Of a stretch of 64,000 bases of DNA, positions 10,808 through 21,500 are shown one piece after another. Both the position numbers and the translations under genes were made by a program. Position 1 is the stretch's first letter. Every line of letters starts with the position of its first letter. The notes beneath the pieces were generated by a model, which did no database searches, had not been told where the DNA came from, and was given only the letters and a program-made list of their open reading frames with translations. The stretch comes from Bacteroidia bacterium (lineage in GTDB: Bacteria > Bacteroidota > Bacteroidia > UBA4408). The stretch lies in contig JADLFI010000030.1 in NCBI GenBank assembly GCA_020845635.1, positions 54,678 through 118,677 of the forward strand. The letters are read 5' to 3'.

Positions 10808-12238
10808 ATGAAAAGAAATATTACTTTTATTATTTCACTCCTTTTCTGCTTTCAAACCCTATTGGCAAAAGATAAAGATGCCTACAATATAAAAATAAAA
10901 ATTACCGGATTAAGCAATACCGAGTGCTATATGGGATATCACTATGCCGATAAGCAATATATATCAGATACACTAAAGGTAGATGCCAAGGGGAATATGA
11001 CCTTTGCAGGAACTAAGCCACTTGAAGGGGGAATTTATCTGGTAGTAACTCCTTCCAAAAAGTATTTTGAAGTAATTATAGCAGACGAAACTGAATTTTC
11101 GATGGAAACAGACACTCTTGATTTTGTTAAGCATATGAAAGTAAAAGGATCAAAAGAGAATGAGTGGTTTTATGCATATTTGACTTATATGAGTAGCAAA
11201 GGCAAAGCAATGGAAGCATTGAATAAGGAAGCCGAACTTTACAAAGCCAATAAAGACTCAAGCAATGCCATAAAGGAAAGAATGAGTAAAATTGATCATG
11301 AAATTAAGAACTATAAAATTAATTTTATGAAAGAACACCCAAGCTCGTTTTTAGCAAAGATATTCAGAACATCACAAGAGCCGGATATTCCTGAAGCACC
11401 TACATTGCCAAACGGACGAAAAGATTCTACTTTTGCTTACCGTTATTTTAAGGCTCACTATTTTGATGGGGTTGATTTTAGTGATGCCCGATTACTTCGT
11501 ACACCATTACTATATAACAAATACAAATACTATCTCGAAAAATTAACCTACCAAATACCCGACTCTGTAGCCGAAGCCTGTGTCTATATCATAGAAAAAT
11601 CAAAAGCTAATAAGGAGGTTTTTAAATATACTGTTGTATATACTACCAGCACCTATGAAACCTCAAAAATAATGGGTATGGATGCGGTTTTTGTGCGCTT
11701 GGTTGAAGACTATTATAATACAGGGCAGGCTTTTTGGGCAGACTCAACTCTATTGTTTAAAATTTCGGATCGCGCCCGTATTCTAAAGCCTTTGTTGTTA
11801 GGCAAAAAAGCCCCTAATTTGTTATTGTACAACAACAACAATGTATTGGAACCTTTATGGGCAGTTAAAGCAAAATATACTGTTCTTTGTTTTTGGGATC
11901 CTGACTGTAGTCATTGTAAAAAAACTGTTCCGGTATTAGGCGAACTTTATCATAAATCATTAAAAAATAAAGGAATTTCTGTTTATGCTGTATGCACAGA
12001 AACAGAAGAAAAGAAATGGCTTGATTTTATTGCAGAACATAATCTTGATTGGATTAATGTTGCAGACTTAAAACTTCACAATCACTTTCGTTCAATATAT
12101 GATATAAGCAGCACTCCTGTTATTTATATATTAGACGAGAACAAAGATATTATTGCCAAGAAAATAGGAGTAGAACAGGTAGAAGAGATAATTGACAATT
12201 ACAATAAAATGAAGGAAAAGAAAAGGCCAAAACAATAA
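10808..12238 (+). CDS. Secreted thioredoxin-fold protein (TlpA/ResA-like, with N-terminal Bacteroidetes-specific domain)
   Basis: Signal peptide. C-terminal thioredoxin motif WDPDCSHCKK (CxxC) in a TlpA-like context. Confidence 0.7.
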   Translation: MKRNITFIISLLFCFQTLLAKDKDAYNIKIKITGLSNTECYMGYHYADKQYISDTLKVDAKGNMTFAGTKPLEGGIYLVVTPSKKYFEVIIADETEFSMETDTLDFVKHMKVKGSKENEWFYAYLTYMSSKGKAMEALNKEAELYKANKDSSNAIKERMSKIDHEIKNYKINFMKEHPSSFLAKIFRTSQEPDIPEAPTLPNGRKDSTFAYRYFKAHYFDGVDFSDARLLRTPLLYNKYKYYLEKLTYQIPDSVAEACVYIIEKSKANKEVFKYTVVYTTSTYETSKIMGMDAVFVRLVEDYYNTGQAFWADSTLLFKISDRARILKPLLLGKKAPNLLLYNNNNVLEPLWAVKAKYTVLCFWDPDCSHCKKTVPVLGELYHKSLKNKGISVYAVCTETEEKKWLDFIAEHNLDWINVADLKLHNHFRSIYDISSTPVIYILDENKDIIAKKIGVEQVEEIIDNYNKMKEKKRPKQ

Positions 12239-12248
12239 TAAAAATTAA

Positions 12249-12599
12249 GTGCATAAAATACATATTAATACCATTAAGCTATATGCTTATCATGGCTGTT
12301 TGCCCGAAGAGGCATTGGTAGGAAGTCCATATACTGTTGATATTATATTGGAAACAGATTTTAGTAAGGCTATATTAAGTGATAATTTAGAGGACACTGT
12401 TGATTATTGCTCTGTATTTAATGTAGTAAAAGAAGAAATGGCGGTTAGAGCCAAACTGCTTGAAAATGTAGCCTTTCGGATTATTAAACGATTAAAAAAT
12501 GAACACCCCTTAATTCATAAATGCACCGTTACCATTACTAAAGTAAATCCGCCTATGAATGGCAATGTGCTTGGAGTGTCTGTAATTATTGAAGAATAA
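12249..12599 (+). CDS. folB: Dihydroneopterin aldolase
   Basis: 116-aa protein with IKLYAYHGCLPEE...VDII, the folB/FolX fold signature. Confidence 0.8.
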   Translation: MHKIHINTIKLYAYHGCLPEEALVGSPYTVDIILETDFSKAILSDNLEDTVDYCSVFNVVKEEMAVRAKLLENVAFRIIKRLKNEHPLIHKCTVTITKVNPPMNGNVLGVSVIIEE

Positions 12600-13629
12600 A
12601 TTATTAGTATTATTATTTGTAAATAAAGCTGCAATTTTGAAACACGAACTGCTTGAAGAGCTTGTTTTTAATATACAATCCGATAAAGATTTTGAAGTCG
12701 CTGCATTGGCTGTTTTTCAATTTCAATCATTACACAATGAAGTTTACAAGAAATATATCAATATTCTTGGAATAAAGCCCGAAAACGTAAAAACAATTAA
12801 TGAAATACCTTTCCTGCCTATAGATTTTTTTAAAAAGTATGAAGTAATGTGTGGCAAGTATGTACCCGAACAGGTTTTTACTTCAAGTGGCACAAGCAGT
12901 ACTATTAACAGTCGGCATTTTATAAAAAAAACGGATATTTATATCAGAAGTTTTTTGGCGGGTTTTCAAAAATTTTATGGTTCGGAAAAGGATTATACAT
13001 TTATTTGTTTGCTCCCCTCCTATCTTGAAAGAAGTGGTTCATCGCTTATCTATATGATGAATTATTTGGTAAGCACCAGCCATAATCCTCAAAGTGGTTT
13101 TTATAAAAACATTGATAATAATTTTATAGAACTATTAAAAAGTCTTCAATTAAATTCTGCACATAAAGTAATATTATTAGGAGTAAGCTTTGCCCTACTT
13201 GATTTTGCCGAGCAGCACAAGATAAATTTAAGTAATTTTATAATTATGGAAACCGGTGGTATGAAAGGAAGAAGAAAAGAGCTTATCCGTGCAGAGTTAC
13301 ATCAAATATTAAAAAATAAATTTCACGTTCAATCTATACATTCTGAGTATGGAATGACCGAAATGCTCTCACAAGCCTATTCTAAAAAAGATGGCATATT
13401 TTTTACCCCCAATCACCTTAAAGTATTAATCAGAGATATGAACGACCCTTTTACATTTTTAAAAGAGGGTCAATCGGGTGTGATTAATATTATTGACTTA
13501 GCTAATATATATTCCTGCTCATTTATAGCTACACAAGATGCCGGAAGAATGGTAACTCCACATAGCTTTGAGGTATTAGGGCGTACCGACAATAGCGATA
13601 TTAGGGGTTGCAATCTTATGGTATTATAA
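12589..13629 (+). CDS. LuxE-like acyl-protein synthetase family protein (adenylate-forming superfamily)
   Basis: 346-aa protein with an adenylate-forming-like SGTSS motif (FTSSGTSSTINSRHF) and an overall LuxE-like (PF04443-type) layout. Its start overlaps the folB stop by 11 nt, so the true start may be slightly downstream. Confidence 0.6.
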   Translation: MKNKLLVLLFVNKAAILKHELLEELVFNIQSDKDFEVAALAVFQFQSLHNEVYKKYINILGIKPENVKTINEIPFLPIDFFKKYEVMCGKYVPEQVFTSSGTSSTINSRHFIKKTDIYIRSFLAGFQKFYGSEKDYTFICLLPSYLERSGSSLIYMMNYLVSTSHNPQSGFYKNIDNNFIELLKSLQLNSAHKVILLGVSFALLDFAEQHKINLSNFIIMETGGMKGRRKELIRAELHQILKNKFHVQSIHSEYGMTEMLSQAYSKKDGIFFTPNHLKVLIRDMNDPFTFLKEGQSGVINIIDLANIYSCSFIATQDAGRMVTPHSFEVLGRTDNSDIRGCNLMVL

Positions 13630-13690
13630 AAACAGGAGGATAGTTAGTATTACTAACTATCCTCCTGTTTCATGGTAGTCTTTATGTTTA

Positions 13691-15850
13691 TTAATGACTA
13701 ATCATAACTCTTGCTGTATTTACCCTATTACTCTCTACAACTTTTATTAAATATGTGCCGTTATCTAAGTTGTGTAAATCAAGTGTAAAGTGCGTTTGTT
13801 TATGATTGTTAATATTTTGCTGATATACCCGTTTGCCTGTAATATCAAATACTTCAATATAAATATTTTCTTCATTTTTATTACAGCTAATACTTAACAA
13901 ACCTTCTGAAGGATTAGGCATAATGCTTAGAAAATCGGTATTATCTATTTGTTGGGTGCCTAATAAAGAATTTGGCTGCGGTGCTCCCAATACAATAATT
14001 CCTATATTCCCCGGCAAACTGCTTCTATATACATTGCCTAAGGAGTCAATAGTTATTGTGTCGCAAAAAGTATCAGAGCAATTCAGTAATGAGTCAACAA
14101 TGGTTAAACATATCTCGTACACTCCGGGGTTATTAATTGCTATTATAGGATATGGGTCATTACTCACAATTCCGTTGCCAAAGCTCCAGGTGTAAGATAA
14201 ATTATTCCCTTGTGATGTATTTACCATACTTATTAAACCACTGTTTGAGCCGGCAGGATTGCCGGATAAAATAACAAATCCGGCAGTACAACTTCCCTGA
14301 TAAGGGTTATTTGCCCCCCACCACGATAAATCAATATACAGTAAGTTGCAGGTAGTATAAGTACAACCATTTCCGGTAACAGTTAAACAAACATTGTAAT
14401 ATCCACTGCTTGAATAGGAGTGTGTAGGGTTTGATAGGGTTGATACAGGAGAGCCATCACCAAAGTCCCATGAATAGCTAACAAGGCTTCCTAAGGCGTA
14501 TGGAGTAAAAAACACTTCACCACTATTCCCGAATTGATAATTACTGTAAGTGCCAAATGTTGCAAAGCATGAATTATTTGGTGGATTGTTAGGAGTAGTA
14601 ATAGTAATTACATAACTTGCCACACAACCTGTTGAATCGGTAACTTCTACAAAACCCCAGTTAATTCCATATATAGATGGGAATGTTATAGTTGGTGAGG
14701 CTAATGATGAGCTTGTTCCGTCAGAAAAATACCAGTAATAAGTAAAAGGAGGTACTCCGGTAGGATAAGCTTCAAAAGTGTAGGTGCTAGGATTGGCGCT
14801 ATCAGGTAAGAAGGCAACGGCATAAACTGAACAGTTGTTGCTTGTGCTTCCCGAATTGTAATTATAACAATCGCTAGCTGAACATAATCCATTATAGTCA
14901 ATAGTTACGCAATATAAACCCGTAGCATTAGGAATAATAGTATCTGTATTTATATTTAAAGGTATTCCATCAAGAGTCCATGAAATATTAACCATACCAG
15001 TGTTCGTTGAATCAATATAGGCCACTAAATAATTACCCGATGGGTAAATATATGTATAACAATTTTGAGACCCCTGTATTGTATAACAAGCAGAATCTGA
15101 ACAACCCAAACCATCAGTAATAATTACGCAGTAAGTGCCGGGAGTATTGGTAATAATACTTGAGGTAGTATCTCCGGTAGTCCAACTATATGTAAATGGT
15201 GCCACTCCCGAACTATAGGCATTTAGTCCAAATCCCGAAGCAGTAATATATGCATCACAACTGCCGGGACTGTAACAATCAGTAGCAGTACAACCGGTAG
15301 CATCTTTAATAATTACACAATAATTTCCTGAAGAAGCATTGGGCATATTAAACTGATTGTTTGAACTCCATGTTGTGCCTCCATCCCATGAATATTGAAA
15401 TGGAGCTGTTCCTGTGCCTGATGCTTCTAACAATGTAGTGCCAAGTATAGGATTAAGTGTTGCGGTACATATCAACGGATTAATACCACAACTTTGTGCG
15501 CTAACATAAATGGTAGTATCATTAAAAATAACTTGTGAGAAATAATAGGATTGGTTATTAGAACAAGTATTTAAATGCACCTCTCCGGTGGCAAAAGATC
15601 CTAGGGGATTTAAGACAAAGCTAAATGGTGCAAAGCAATGTGTGGTAGGTAGCTGAGCATTATAAATGGTATCAACCATATATGCCGTAACTCCTGATAA
15701 AGAATCAGAATAAGTTAAAGAAACAATAAATGGGACATTGGGATTAGGTTGCGGCCCGCTAATATTTACACAAACCTGTACGCTAATCGTTTGCGCATGC
15801 ACTGCCATAAACAATAAAAGCCCGGCAATAATGGAGTAAAACTTTTTCAT
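13691..15850 (-). CDS. T9SS-secreted cell-surface protein with SprB/Ig-like repeats and PKD domain
   Basis: Signal peptide. Repeated SGxYCVIIxDxxGC motifs. PKD signature WDFGDGSP...NPTHSYSSSGYYNVCLTV. C-terminal T9SS type-A sorting domain (MPNPSEGLLSI...YLIKV). Confidence 0.8.
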   Translation of the reverse strand: MKKFYSIIAGLLLFMAVHAQTISVQVCVNISGPQPNPNVPFIVSLTYSDSLSGVTAYMVDTIYNAQLPTTHCFAPFSFVLNPLGSFATGEVHLNTCSNNQSYYFSQVIFNDTTIYVSAQSCGINPLICTATLNPILGTTLLEASGTGTAPFQYSWDGGTTWSSNNQFNMPNASSGNYCVIIKDATGCTATDCYSPGSCDAYITASGFGLNAYSSGVAPFTYSWTTGDTTSSIITNTPGTYCVIITDGLGCSDSACYTIQGSQNCYTYIYPSGNYLVAYIDSTNTGMVNISWTLDGIPLNINTDTIIPNATGLYCVTIDYNGLCSASDCYNYNSGSTSNNCSVYAVAFLPDSANPSTYTFEAYPTGVPPFTYYWYFSDGTSSSLASPTITFPSIYGINWGFVEVTDSTGCVASYVITITTPNNPPNNSCFATFGTYSNYQFGNSGEVFFTPYALGSLVSYSWDFGDGSPVSTLSNPTHSYSSSGYYNVCLTVTGNGCTYTTCNLLYIDLSWWGANNPYQGSCTAGFVILSGNPAGSNSGLISMVNTSQGNNLSYTWSFGNGIVSNDPYPIIAINNPGVYEICLTIVDSLLNCSDTFCDTITIDSLGNVYRSSLPGNIGIIVLGAPQPNSLLGTQQIDNTDFLSIMPNPSEGLLSISCNKNEENIYIEVFDITGKRVYQQNINNHKQTHFTLDLHNLDNGTYLIKVVESNRVNTARVMISH

Positions 15851-16093
15851 GGTAAATTAAATTAATGGTTTTATATTAAGTACGTTTGAACCTTGGGTTT
15901 GTTAGTTGATAGTTGAAAAATGTAATTTTTTAATGCTCACATAGATACCTTTCGAGAAACTGAATCTTACAAATTTTGTTTATTATTTGGTTACACCTAC
16001 AATAAAACCTAATAACATTCTCCCCGAAAAGTACAAAATAATTATTTTCAGATAAAAAATTCTAAAGAATCAGGTTATAAATACCTAGTAATT

Positions 16094-18439
16094 CTATTGC
16101 TTAATTAGTTTTTCTATACGGTAGAAACTGTCGTTACTAACTTTCACAAAATAAATACCACTTCGCCACTCTTCGGTGGTAAAAGATATATTATTTTTAT
16201 TTGGAGCAATATAAAACTCCTCTACTAATCTTCCTGAGTAATCGTAAACAGAAGCAGTTAGCGCTTTCCCCGAAACATTTTGTATAGTCAAATTAACAAC
16301 ATCATTCGTTGGGTTAGGCACTAAGTGAAAATACAGTAAATCATGTTGGTCAACAGTGGCTGTTGGTGTAGCAGGAAAACAACTGCCTAATATACTTGCA
16401 GTTGTTCTTTCTGCATTTGAATTTACCACATCTACAATCTCACTGATGCATATCCAACCGGCAGTAACTCCCGAGAAATAAACTCTAACCAAAGGCTGTG
16501 GGTTAGATGAACGCGTTAATACTGAATCTTGTAATGATATACCAAAAATACTATTAGTGGTGGCATTAAATCTCAAATCCACCGGAAAACTACTATTAGC
16601 AAGGCTCACCACATTTTGTATGGTTACCCCTGATACGCTGAATTGAAATGCTGAAATGTCCGAACTAGGATTATGAATAACAACATCAAGAAACCCTCCA
16701 GCTAAATTTACATTAGCAATTTCTAACCCTGTAAGCTCATTAGGGTTAGTTATATTACGAGGAAAATTACAGGTGTAGTTAGGGCTACCTCCAGGATATA
16801 AAATATATGTGTTTTTACTACACCATTTTACTAATGCTGCGTCATAAATCGAAATAAACCCATTTCCGCTAACATCAACACAAGAAGCACTGCTACTAAT
16901 ACTATTTTCAATATCATCTAAATAAATGCTTATATCATCATTATTTAAAACTCCATCATTTTGTCTGTCTCCACCATGTGCTCCACCTCCACAAACTCCA
17001 TTACAATCAACTATTGCATCGCCACCGGGAATACCGTTACAATCAACAAAAGGAGCACATGAAGGCAACATAGTAAATGAAGGACCATTAATAGAATCCT
17101 GCTCAATATGCAAGCAAATCTGTACAGCATTATTAACATAGTTAATTTCATGATGCCCAAAAGCATCAGGCGCATGTGCGGCATTGATAATTACTGCTAA
17201 ACGATAATCTCCCGTAGGAACATCTGTTATATCTATCCATTGGCATTGTGTGCCTAATCCATAAACATCATAACAGTTTGTTGATATCCCCATGTTTCCG
17301 CAATTGTATTGCCCAAACCCACATAAATCCATAACACAAAAACCATTTTTATGTCCGGCAGGTATTACATTGTTGTTTGAGTCGTACAAACGATAATCGC
17401 CATATCCTTCGTAATGTGCATGTCCGTGGCAGTTAGAAGTGTTAAACATTCCCGGCTGGGTTGTTGGGTTTCCAATGTAGTAATCTAGTGTTCCGTAGTT
17501 AAATATTTTTGAAGTAAAACTTAAAACCTTACGAGTACCATAGTTAAGTAAACAACCCTCTTGTACATCACAATTCTGAGCAACAATTGTTTGTAAGGTT
17601 AAGGAATTAATGAGCGACATAGAATCTAATTCTAAGTCAGGTCCCTGACAGCCGGGGTCGGGAAAGTATATACAACTACCATCATCAACACTGGCTAAGG
17701 GATTAAAATTACAAGATGCCGGATCTGTACATCCGGTAATAGGTCCCGAGTAACTAAATTCAAAATGAATTGAGTCTGTGCAACTATCCATAATATCACC
17801 TATCCGAATATAATATGTATGACCGGCAATGAGTGTAGTTATTATTCTAGATTGTTGTCCGCAAAAGTCATCATTAAATGCGTAAGTTCCTGTAGCATCT
17901 TCGGTGTAATTTCCTATACATGATGAGTACATCCAAATAGCAGTATTACAAGTATTAGTAGAACATGTAGAAATTTCGTACAAACCGGTAAGGCTACAGT
18001 TATACACATACCAAGAATCTTCAAAGCCTGTTGTATGTTGTCCTATACTTATCGGCAAAGGAGATGTGCAATAACTTCCCTGAGGGCATCCTACCGCAAA
18101 AGAAGTACCTGAACCAAAGCTGTTTCCTGAACTTATTAAAGTACCATCAAGATAAACCCAATAACCGCCCGGAGCATAAATACCATCGCCATAGGTGTCA
18201 TATATCGAGAAAATCAAACAGCTATTGGCAGCTACACATATTGTATCGGTATTATAGGTTCCGGAGGCTATAATAGTCCCGGAACTGTTTTTAATATTCC
18301 ATGAGGTCTCATTAGGCCAATTATCAGGAATAATTTTTACAATAATTTCTGATTGACCCGGCCCGCAAGCAGCCTGAGTTGTATTTTGTAAAAAAATACA
18401 TAAAATGATTAGAATAAAGTTTGATAAATATTTTTTCAT
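16094..18439 (-). CDS. T9SS-secreted lysyl oxidase-like (LOX copper amine oxidase domain) protein
   Basis: Signal peptide. N-terminal PPC-like domain. Central region is strikingly LOX-like: CHGHAHYEG (H-x-H-x-H copper site, compare WHSCHQHYH), AGHKNGFC (compare GHKASFC, the cofactor Lys), [20 protein letters not shown] (compare [20 protein letters not shown]), [12 protein letters not shown] (compare ESDYTNNVVRCD). Then a Ca-binding-like Asp/Cys-rich linker and a T9SS CTD ([13 protein letters not shown]...IYFVKV). Confidence 0.75.
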   Translation of the reverse strand: [781 protein letters not shown]

Positions 18440-18522
18440 GGTGATTTTTGGTTAGGTAATAACAAAATTAAAAAAGTTTTTTATTATTACAAGAATGAAT
18501 AGTGGTTAAACATTCATTTAAA

Positions 18523-18555
18523 TAAAAAAGGGGAGCAAATGCTCCCCTTTTTTAT
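18523..18555 (-). terminator. Rho-independent terminator downstream of giant adhesin gene
   Basis: Perfect hairpin AAAAAGGGGAGC-AAAT-GCTCCCCTTTTT flanked by A/T tracts, symmetric (bidirectional). Confidence 0.75.
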
Positions 18556-18571
18556 TATTAATTACCAAGTA

Positions 18572-21500
18572 TTAGCGCAACACAACTTTTCTGTTGATTG
18601 TACCATTATCAGTAATTATTTGAACGAAGTAAACTCCCTTAGCAGCAGCACTTAAATCAATTTGATTTTTATACTGACCGGAGTATTGATTTACAACATC
18701 GGTATAAACCAACTGACCATTAACGTTAACTACACGTACAGCTAAACTGTGTGTTTTAGACCCGTTAAACGACAAGTTAATTACATCAGAGGCAGGATTA
18801 GGATACAACTCAAGAGATGTTCCGTCTGATAAAGACTCTATTCCTGTTCCAATAATTACTACTTGTTGGTTAATAGTTATTGAACCGCAATTGTTGCCAA
18901 CAGTTAACACTACAGTATAAGTACCATCACCCATATAAGTGTGAGTAGGGTTAGTAGTATTTGACCAAGGAGTACCATCACCAAAATCCCACTGGCTGGT
19001 TACAAAATCTGTAGAAGTATTGGTAAATGTAGTTAAACCACCAGGTATTGCATTGTAAGTAAATGATGCAGAAGGCAATGGATTAACAACAACAGGTACA
19101 GTAGTTGAAACAGCGGTACAACCTCCAGGAGAAGTATAAGTTACACTGTAGATACCTGTTTCAGTTACAAAAATAGAGTTTGTGGTTTCTCCATTACTCC
19201 AAGTATTACCACTTATCTCGCTACTTAATAACTGTACACTTTCACCTTCACAAATAATGGTAGGGCCACCCACAATGATGTATGGGGTAGCACCGGCACC
19301 AACCGTAGTAACAATTGGTTGTGAGGTAGCAGAACATCCGGTAACTGGGTCTGTTACGGTTACAGTAATAGTTTCGGCTGTTGATACAGTAATGGTTTGG
19401 TTAGTAGAGCCTGTACTCCAAGTGTTATTTGTTTGACTGCTTGAAGTTAAATCAACTGTTGAACCATTACATAAAGCAAGAGGGCCATTAGCTGAAATGG
19501 TTGGAACAGGAACAGCATTAACCGTAACATTAATTGCATTAGAAACTGCTGAACAACCATTAGTATCTGTTACAGTGGTATAGAAACTTCCACTGGCATT
19601 TACCGTAATTGATTGATTGGTTGTTCCATCAGACCATACATTACCATTAGCCTCTGAAGAGGTTAAAGTAACAGTACCGCCTAAACAGAAAGTTGTAGGA
19701 CCATTAGCTGTAATATTTACAACAGGAGCAGGGTTAACAGTTACAATTTCTACAGCAGATATAGCTTCGCAACCATTAGTGTCTAATGTAGAAACAAAGT
19801 AAGAGCCGGAAGTTGTAACGGTAATGCTTTGACCCATGTTACCGGCTCCCCAGTTGTAACTGGCAGCAGGTGTTGAAGTTAAAATAACACTATCGCCTGC
19901 ACAGAAAGTAGTTGAACCACTAGCCGTGATTACCGGTGTAGGAGGAGCCGGGAAGGAGTTAACAACTAACACAGGGGTTTCGGCAGTACAACCTGCAGCA
20001 CTTGTAACAGTACAGCTATAGCTGCCTGCCGATACAGTAATTACCGGGTCGGTAGTAATACCATCGCTCCATAAGTATGTATCGCCACCCGAAGCAGTTA
20101 AATCAATAGTACCACTACCACAAATAGGAAGTGAACCGTTTGCTATAATCTCTGCATGAGGGGTTTCATTAATAGTAACAACTTCTACGGCAGAGGTCGA
20201 GCTACATCCTGTTCCCGGATCGGTAATAGTAACGGTGTAGTTATAAACACCAGGAGTAGAAACAATTACATCTGGGGTTGATTCAAAGGTTGGACTCCAA
20301 GAAATGTCACCATTCCAAACAACTGATAATGTAACAGTATCTCCTTCACATACAGTAGATCCGCTTGACGTAATTACAGGATTTTGAGGAGCTGAAGACA
20401 CAACAGAAATAATATTACTTACAGATTCACATCCATTGGCATCTGTAATAGTAGCAGAGTAATCACCGGTAGCATTAACGGTAATGGTTTGAGTGGTCTC
20501 ACCGGTTGACCAAGTAATTCCACTAATGTCACTCGTTAAATCAACAGTGGCACCATTACATAAAGCAAGTGGTCCATTAGCTGTAATAACAGGTGCTACA
20601 GGTGCAGTAGTAGTTACAGTTAAGGTAAAGTTACCTACCGAGGTACCAAAACCTTGAACTAAAATGTAATAAGTAGTTCCGGCAACACCTGTCCAGCTAT
20701 ATTGTGATTGAAGACCACAGAAATCATCATTTCCACCAACACAAACTAAAGCAGAGCAGTCACCAGAGAATACATTTATTTTGGTATCATATCCTGTACC
20801 GGTACACAAATCTGCTGTAATTTGTCCCCCGTTGCCCACTACTGTGTACCATACCCCCGGAGCTGAAATAGTTGTACCACATGTAGCAACACCTGTTTCG
20901 GTAGTTGCAAACAAGGTAGAACCATTTATAGGTGTATTACATCCTACTGCAATAGCTCCCGAGCAATTGTCGTTAACCGGAGCACCAGGAATATCATATA
21001 TACATAAAGTAAAGTCAGTAGTAGCAGGAATACCTAATTCTGCATCATAAATACGTACATAATAAGTATTTCCAACTGTTAATCCACTCATTGTACCTGT
21101 TTCAACGGTACCTGCACCAAAAGTAGCATCGAAGCAGGCTAATGAATTGCCTGAACAAGCATCAAACAATTCAATAACAGGGTCAAAAGAAGCTGAACCT
21201 GTAACTTCAATAATACCTGTGGTATTGGTTGCAACAAAAGAGTACCAAACATCATCATTGGCTGTTCCTGAACAACCTGTAATGGATTGAGTAGCGTTCT
21301 CAACTGATCCGGTAACAGGATCGCATGTAGCATTCCAAATAGCAGGAATTGCTCCTGTACATTCGTCATTAGCAGCTACTGTAAGTGGAGTACAATCAAT
21401 TGACATTACATAATTATTATGTGTGCCGCATGGATAACCATAAAAGTCGCTCACAGCTACAAAAGCCCACCATGTGCCCGGAGGAAGGTTGTCAAGGGTA

